Of a stretch of DNA of 64,000 nt, positions 61,105-64,000 are shown piece by piece. How positions within the stretch are numbered: position 1 is the stretch's first letter; each line of letters begins with the position of its first letter. The position numbers and the translations under genes were made by a program. The notes under the pieces are model-generated. The model was not told the origin of the DNA, did not search any database, and saw only the letters and a program-made list of their open reading frames with translations. The stretch is taken from contig JAERTG010000023.1 in NCBI GenBank assembly GCA_016845065.1, forward strand, positions 54,055-118,054. Reading direction: 5' to 3'. Origin of the DNA: Fidelibacterota bacterium. GTDB taxonomy: Bacteria; Fidelibacterota; UBA8477; JABMPR01.

Positions 61105-62397
61105 TCACCCAGCACAACAGATATCGTAGCTTGTGCCACTCCCGCAGGGACAGGGATCCTTCCCTTGTGGATTCAAAGATGGAAACCCTGCATCTTTTTC
61201 CTTCATCCACTGCATAATGTTCTCAGAGGGTTGTCGAAGTCTAAATAACTCCTCTAATACACCCAATTCCGACCGTATGGATGTAAAAAAATATTTATAT
61301 CCATTGCAGAGGTAGTTCAATCCGGGATCTCCATTTGAGCAGGTCATAAATCTGTTCTTGGGACATTCTCCATGGCATAAATCCAAGACATTGCATTCGC
61401 GACAATCCTTTGGAAGTTTCTCAAGCTTGTCTTTTCCAAACTGAATTTGAATAGGTGCTTGAATCATTCCCATGAGGGGTGTTTCCATAATATTGCCCAG
61501 GAGATGCTGAGGAAAAACGTGGTGGTCACATGGATATAAATCGCCATTATGTTCAATCGCTAGAGCACGACCACAAGTCGCATTCCAAATGCACACACCT
61601 GCTGGCATATTCATTTGATTTGCTAGAGCTGATTCAAACTGCTGGATGAATATGTTTCCCACATCTTCCCTCACCCAGCGCTGAAATATTTTCTCCAGAA
61701 AACGACCGTACAAATCGCCATTTACTGACCATTCTGACATCTCGATGTGTGCTCCCTCTCCAGGGGCTACCGATTCACCGTTCTGATTTTTACGTTCTAC
61801 AATAGGAATAAATTGCCAGTAAACACTTCCTGAAGATTTTAGGAAGTCATAAACTTCATCTGCGTAAGATTGATTCAATGCATTCACCACAGTCAGGGTG
61901 TTATAGGTGACTTCGTGTGCCTTGAGGAGTTCCAATGCTCTCATGACCTGATCAAAGCTGCCCTCTCCACCTCGGTCTATGCGGTAAGTATCGTGCAGTT
62001 CTTTCGGACCATCTATTGAAAGCCCGACCAGAAAATTATTCTCCTTGAAAAATCTACACCAGGCTTCATTTAGAAGAATTCCATTTGTTTGAAATCCGTT
62101 CTCAATTCGTTTTGATCCCGCATACATTTCTTGTAAACGAACAATTTCCTGAAAATACTCCAATCCTAAGAGAGTCGGCTCTCCCCCTTGCCAGGTGAAA
62201 TGTACTGGGTCAACATTGTGGCCTTCAATCTTTTGGCGAATTAATGTTTCCAGGACATCAGAATCCATTCGGAAGTCCTTTACCTCTGGATAAATCTTCT
62301 CTTTCTCCAGATAAAAACAATAGGTACAATCAAGGTTGCAACTGGGTCCGACTGGCTTTGCTATGATATTGAATGGATGTGAAGGATTAATCATCAT
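61105..62397 (-). CDS. Anaerobic sulfatase maturase (radical SAM/SPASM) with C-terminal SEC-C motif
   Basis: KP....CNLDCTYCFY, WQGGEPTL, QTNG, SIDGP, GD.Y.CDH, C..C.....C.GECPK.R, CPCGSG..Y..CC. Confidence 0.93.
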   Translation of the reverse strand: MMINPSHPFNIIAKPVGPSCNLDCTYCFYLEKEKIYPEVKDFRMDSDVLETLIRQKIEGHNVDPVHFTWQGGEPTLLGLEYFQEIVRLQEMYAGSKRIENGFQTNGILLNEAWCRFFKENNFLVGLSIDGPKELHDTYRIDRGGEGSFDQVMRALELLKAHEVTYNTLTVVNALNQSYADEVYDFLKSSGSVYWQFIPIVERKNQNGESVAPGEGAHIEMSEWSVNGDLYGRFLEKIFQRWVREDVGNIFIQQFESALANQMNMPAGVCIWNATCGRALAIEHNGDLYPCDHHVFPQHLLGNIMETPLMGMIQAPIQIQFGKDKLEKLPKDCRECNVLDLCHGECPKNRFMTCSNGDPGLNYLCNGYKYFFTSIRSELGVLEELFRLRQPSENIMQWMKEKDAGFPSLNPQGKDPCPCGSGTSYDICCAG

Positions 62398-62481
62398 AAG
62401 ATTTTTTTAGTGAATATTACCGTGCAGTACTCATCGTTGATTATGTAGCTAGACTTAGATCTCCATTGGACCGGAGTTATG

Positions 62482-62555
<74 letters not shown>

Positions 62556-62692
62556 ATATTTGTGTCAATGAATGAAACCACCGACACATTTTTCTTCTGT
62601 CAAACTCCTGTAGCCTGAAAGACTTAGACCGGAGGTAATGTCCGGCGTTTATACGCGCCGAAAGGTATTAGTCATACCAGCACATGCAAAAT

Positions 62693-63580
62693 CTAATTCA
62701 GGCTGTTCTCAGCCGATTTAACCGTATTGGATAGCAACATGGCAATGGTCATAGGACCCACACCGCCAGGAACAGGGGTAATTGCTGCACATTTTTTGGA
62801 AACAGCTGAAAAATCGACATCCCCGACCAGACGATATCCCTTTTCAGTACTATCATCCTCTACGCGGTTAATTCCGACATCGATGACAACTGCACCATCC
62901 CTCACCATATCGGCAGTAATGAATTCTGGGACACCAGCTGCAGCGATCAAAATATCAGCCTGTCTCGTATGCAATCCCATATCCGGGGTTCTCGTGTGAA
63001 CCAGGGTCACAGTTGCATTCCCCAAATCCTTTTTTTGGATCATGAGGTTTGCCATGGGTTTGCCCACAATATTTGATCGACCTACGACAACAACGTGTTT
63101 GCCGGCAGTTTCGATTTTGTAAAATTTCATAATTTCCAGAATACCGGCTGGGGTGCATGAAACAAAACCATCCAAATCAAGCACCAGCTTTCCTACACTG
63201 ACAGGGTGGAAGCCGTCAACATCTTTGGCAGGATCTATACTTTCTATGATCAATTGTGAGTCAATATGCTTAGGCAGTGGCAATTGAACCAAAATTCCAT
63301 GAACTGAGGGATCATCATTGAGTTGCTTCACGACATCGAGAAGCTCGGCCTGGGATGTTCCTTTATCCAGTCGTAGGACATTTGAGTTAAAACCTAGCTT
63401 GGCACTCTGGCGCTCCTTGGAGCGCACATAAACCTGAGAAGCTGGATCTTCACCAACCAGAACCGCTGTGAGTCCCGGAGCTATGCCCTTCTCCTTTAAC
63501 TCTAATATCCGATTCTTTAAATCTGATTTTACAGCTAGGGAAACTTCTTTCCCACTCAGAATAAGTGGACTATTTGGCAA
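62693..63580 (-). CDS. folD: Methylene-THF dehydrogenase/cyclohydrolase
   Basis: [48 protein letters not shown]. Probable TTG start at 63580 after AGGAG. Confidence 0.97.
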   Translation of the reverse strand: MPNSPLILSGKEVSLAVKSDLKNRILELKEKGIAPGLTAVLVGEDPASQVYVRSKERQSAKLGFNSNVLRLDKGTSQAELLDVVKQLNDDPSVHGILVQLPLPKHIDSQLIIESIDPAKDVDGFHPVSVGKLVLDLDGFVSCTPAGILEIMKFYKIETAGKHVVVVGRSNIVGKPMANLMIQKKDLGNATVTLVHTRTPDMGLHTRQADILIAAAGVPEFITADMVRDGAVVIDVGINRVEDDSTEKGYRLVGDVDFSAVSKKCAAITPVPGGVGPMTIAMLLSNTVKSAENSLN

Positions 63581-64000
63581 GCGCTGTACTCCTAGATTCA
63601 CGGATTACAACAACCTTGATCTGACCTGGATAGGTCATCTCAGCTTCAATGCGTCCAGCAATTTCACTACTCAAGGTTTGGGCTTTGTTGTCATCAATCT
63701 TATCACTTTCAACCATGACGCGTACCTCACGACCCGCTTGAATAGCATATGATTTAGAAACACCATCAAATCCTGTAGCGATTCCCTCAAGGTTCCTCAG
63801 ACGCTTGATGTAGCTTTCCAAAGTATCTCCACGAGCTCCGCGACGAGAACCACTAATGGCATCTGCTGACTGAACCAGTGCTGAAATTGGTCCTGTCATA
63901 GGGACTTCTTCATGGTGGGACTCAATGGCATTGATAACGGCATCAGGCTCACCAAATTTACGGGCATATTCACCACCAATTAATGCGTGGGTCCCATCAG
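63570..64000 (-). CDS. rny: Ribonuclease Y, 3' part (5' end outside the window)
   Basis: [40 protein letters not shown]. Confidence 0.95.
   Translation of the reverse strand, partial: DGTHALIGGEYARKFGEPDAVINAIESHHEEVPMTGPISALVQSADAISGSRRGARGDTLESYIKRLRNLEGIATGFDGVSKSYAIQAGREVRVMVESDKIDDNKAQTLSSEIAGRIEAEMTYPGQIKVVVIRESRSTALAK

Overview
Bacterial chromosomal window, about 40-45% GC by eye, standard genetic code. Gene content (T9SS/FlgD-type C-terminal domain, long IspG, Rny) suggests an FCB-group organism, perhaps Marinimicrobia; that is inference only. Housekeeping content: rimP-nusA-infB-rbfA-truB-ribF-rpsO-pnp-M16 peptidase-ald, ispG, pepP, comM, folD, partial rny and four tRNAs (Gly-GCC, Ser-GGA, Arg-CCT, Arg-CCG). 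No integrase, transposase, rRNA or CRISPR array was seen. Main items of interest: (1) an UshA-like selenolipoprotein that the ORF track truncates (in-frame UGA in a C-G-U motif, followed by a SECIS-like hairpin, 3706-4857); (2) an atypical SOS mutagenesis operon orf83-lexA-orf68-imuB-four-helix-bundle-dnaE2 with no ImuA, a probable leaderless promoter carrying a direct-repeat candidate LexA box, a 7-bp periodic array, and complementary flanks around the four-helix gene; (3) a five-gene surface-structure cluster centred on a ~3,750-aa acidic repeat protein, with two paralogous barrel-like proteins and two lipoproteins; (4) a duplicated tRNA-Ser 3' end interrupted in its T-loop; (5) a sigma-54 phosphorelay cluster with a ChpT-like pseudo-kinase and several sigma-54-like promoters with a relaxed -12 element; (6) a probable AUU-initiated PAP2 gene.
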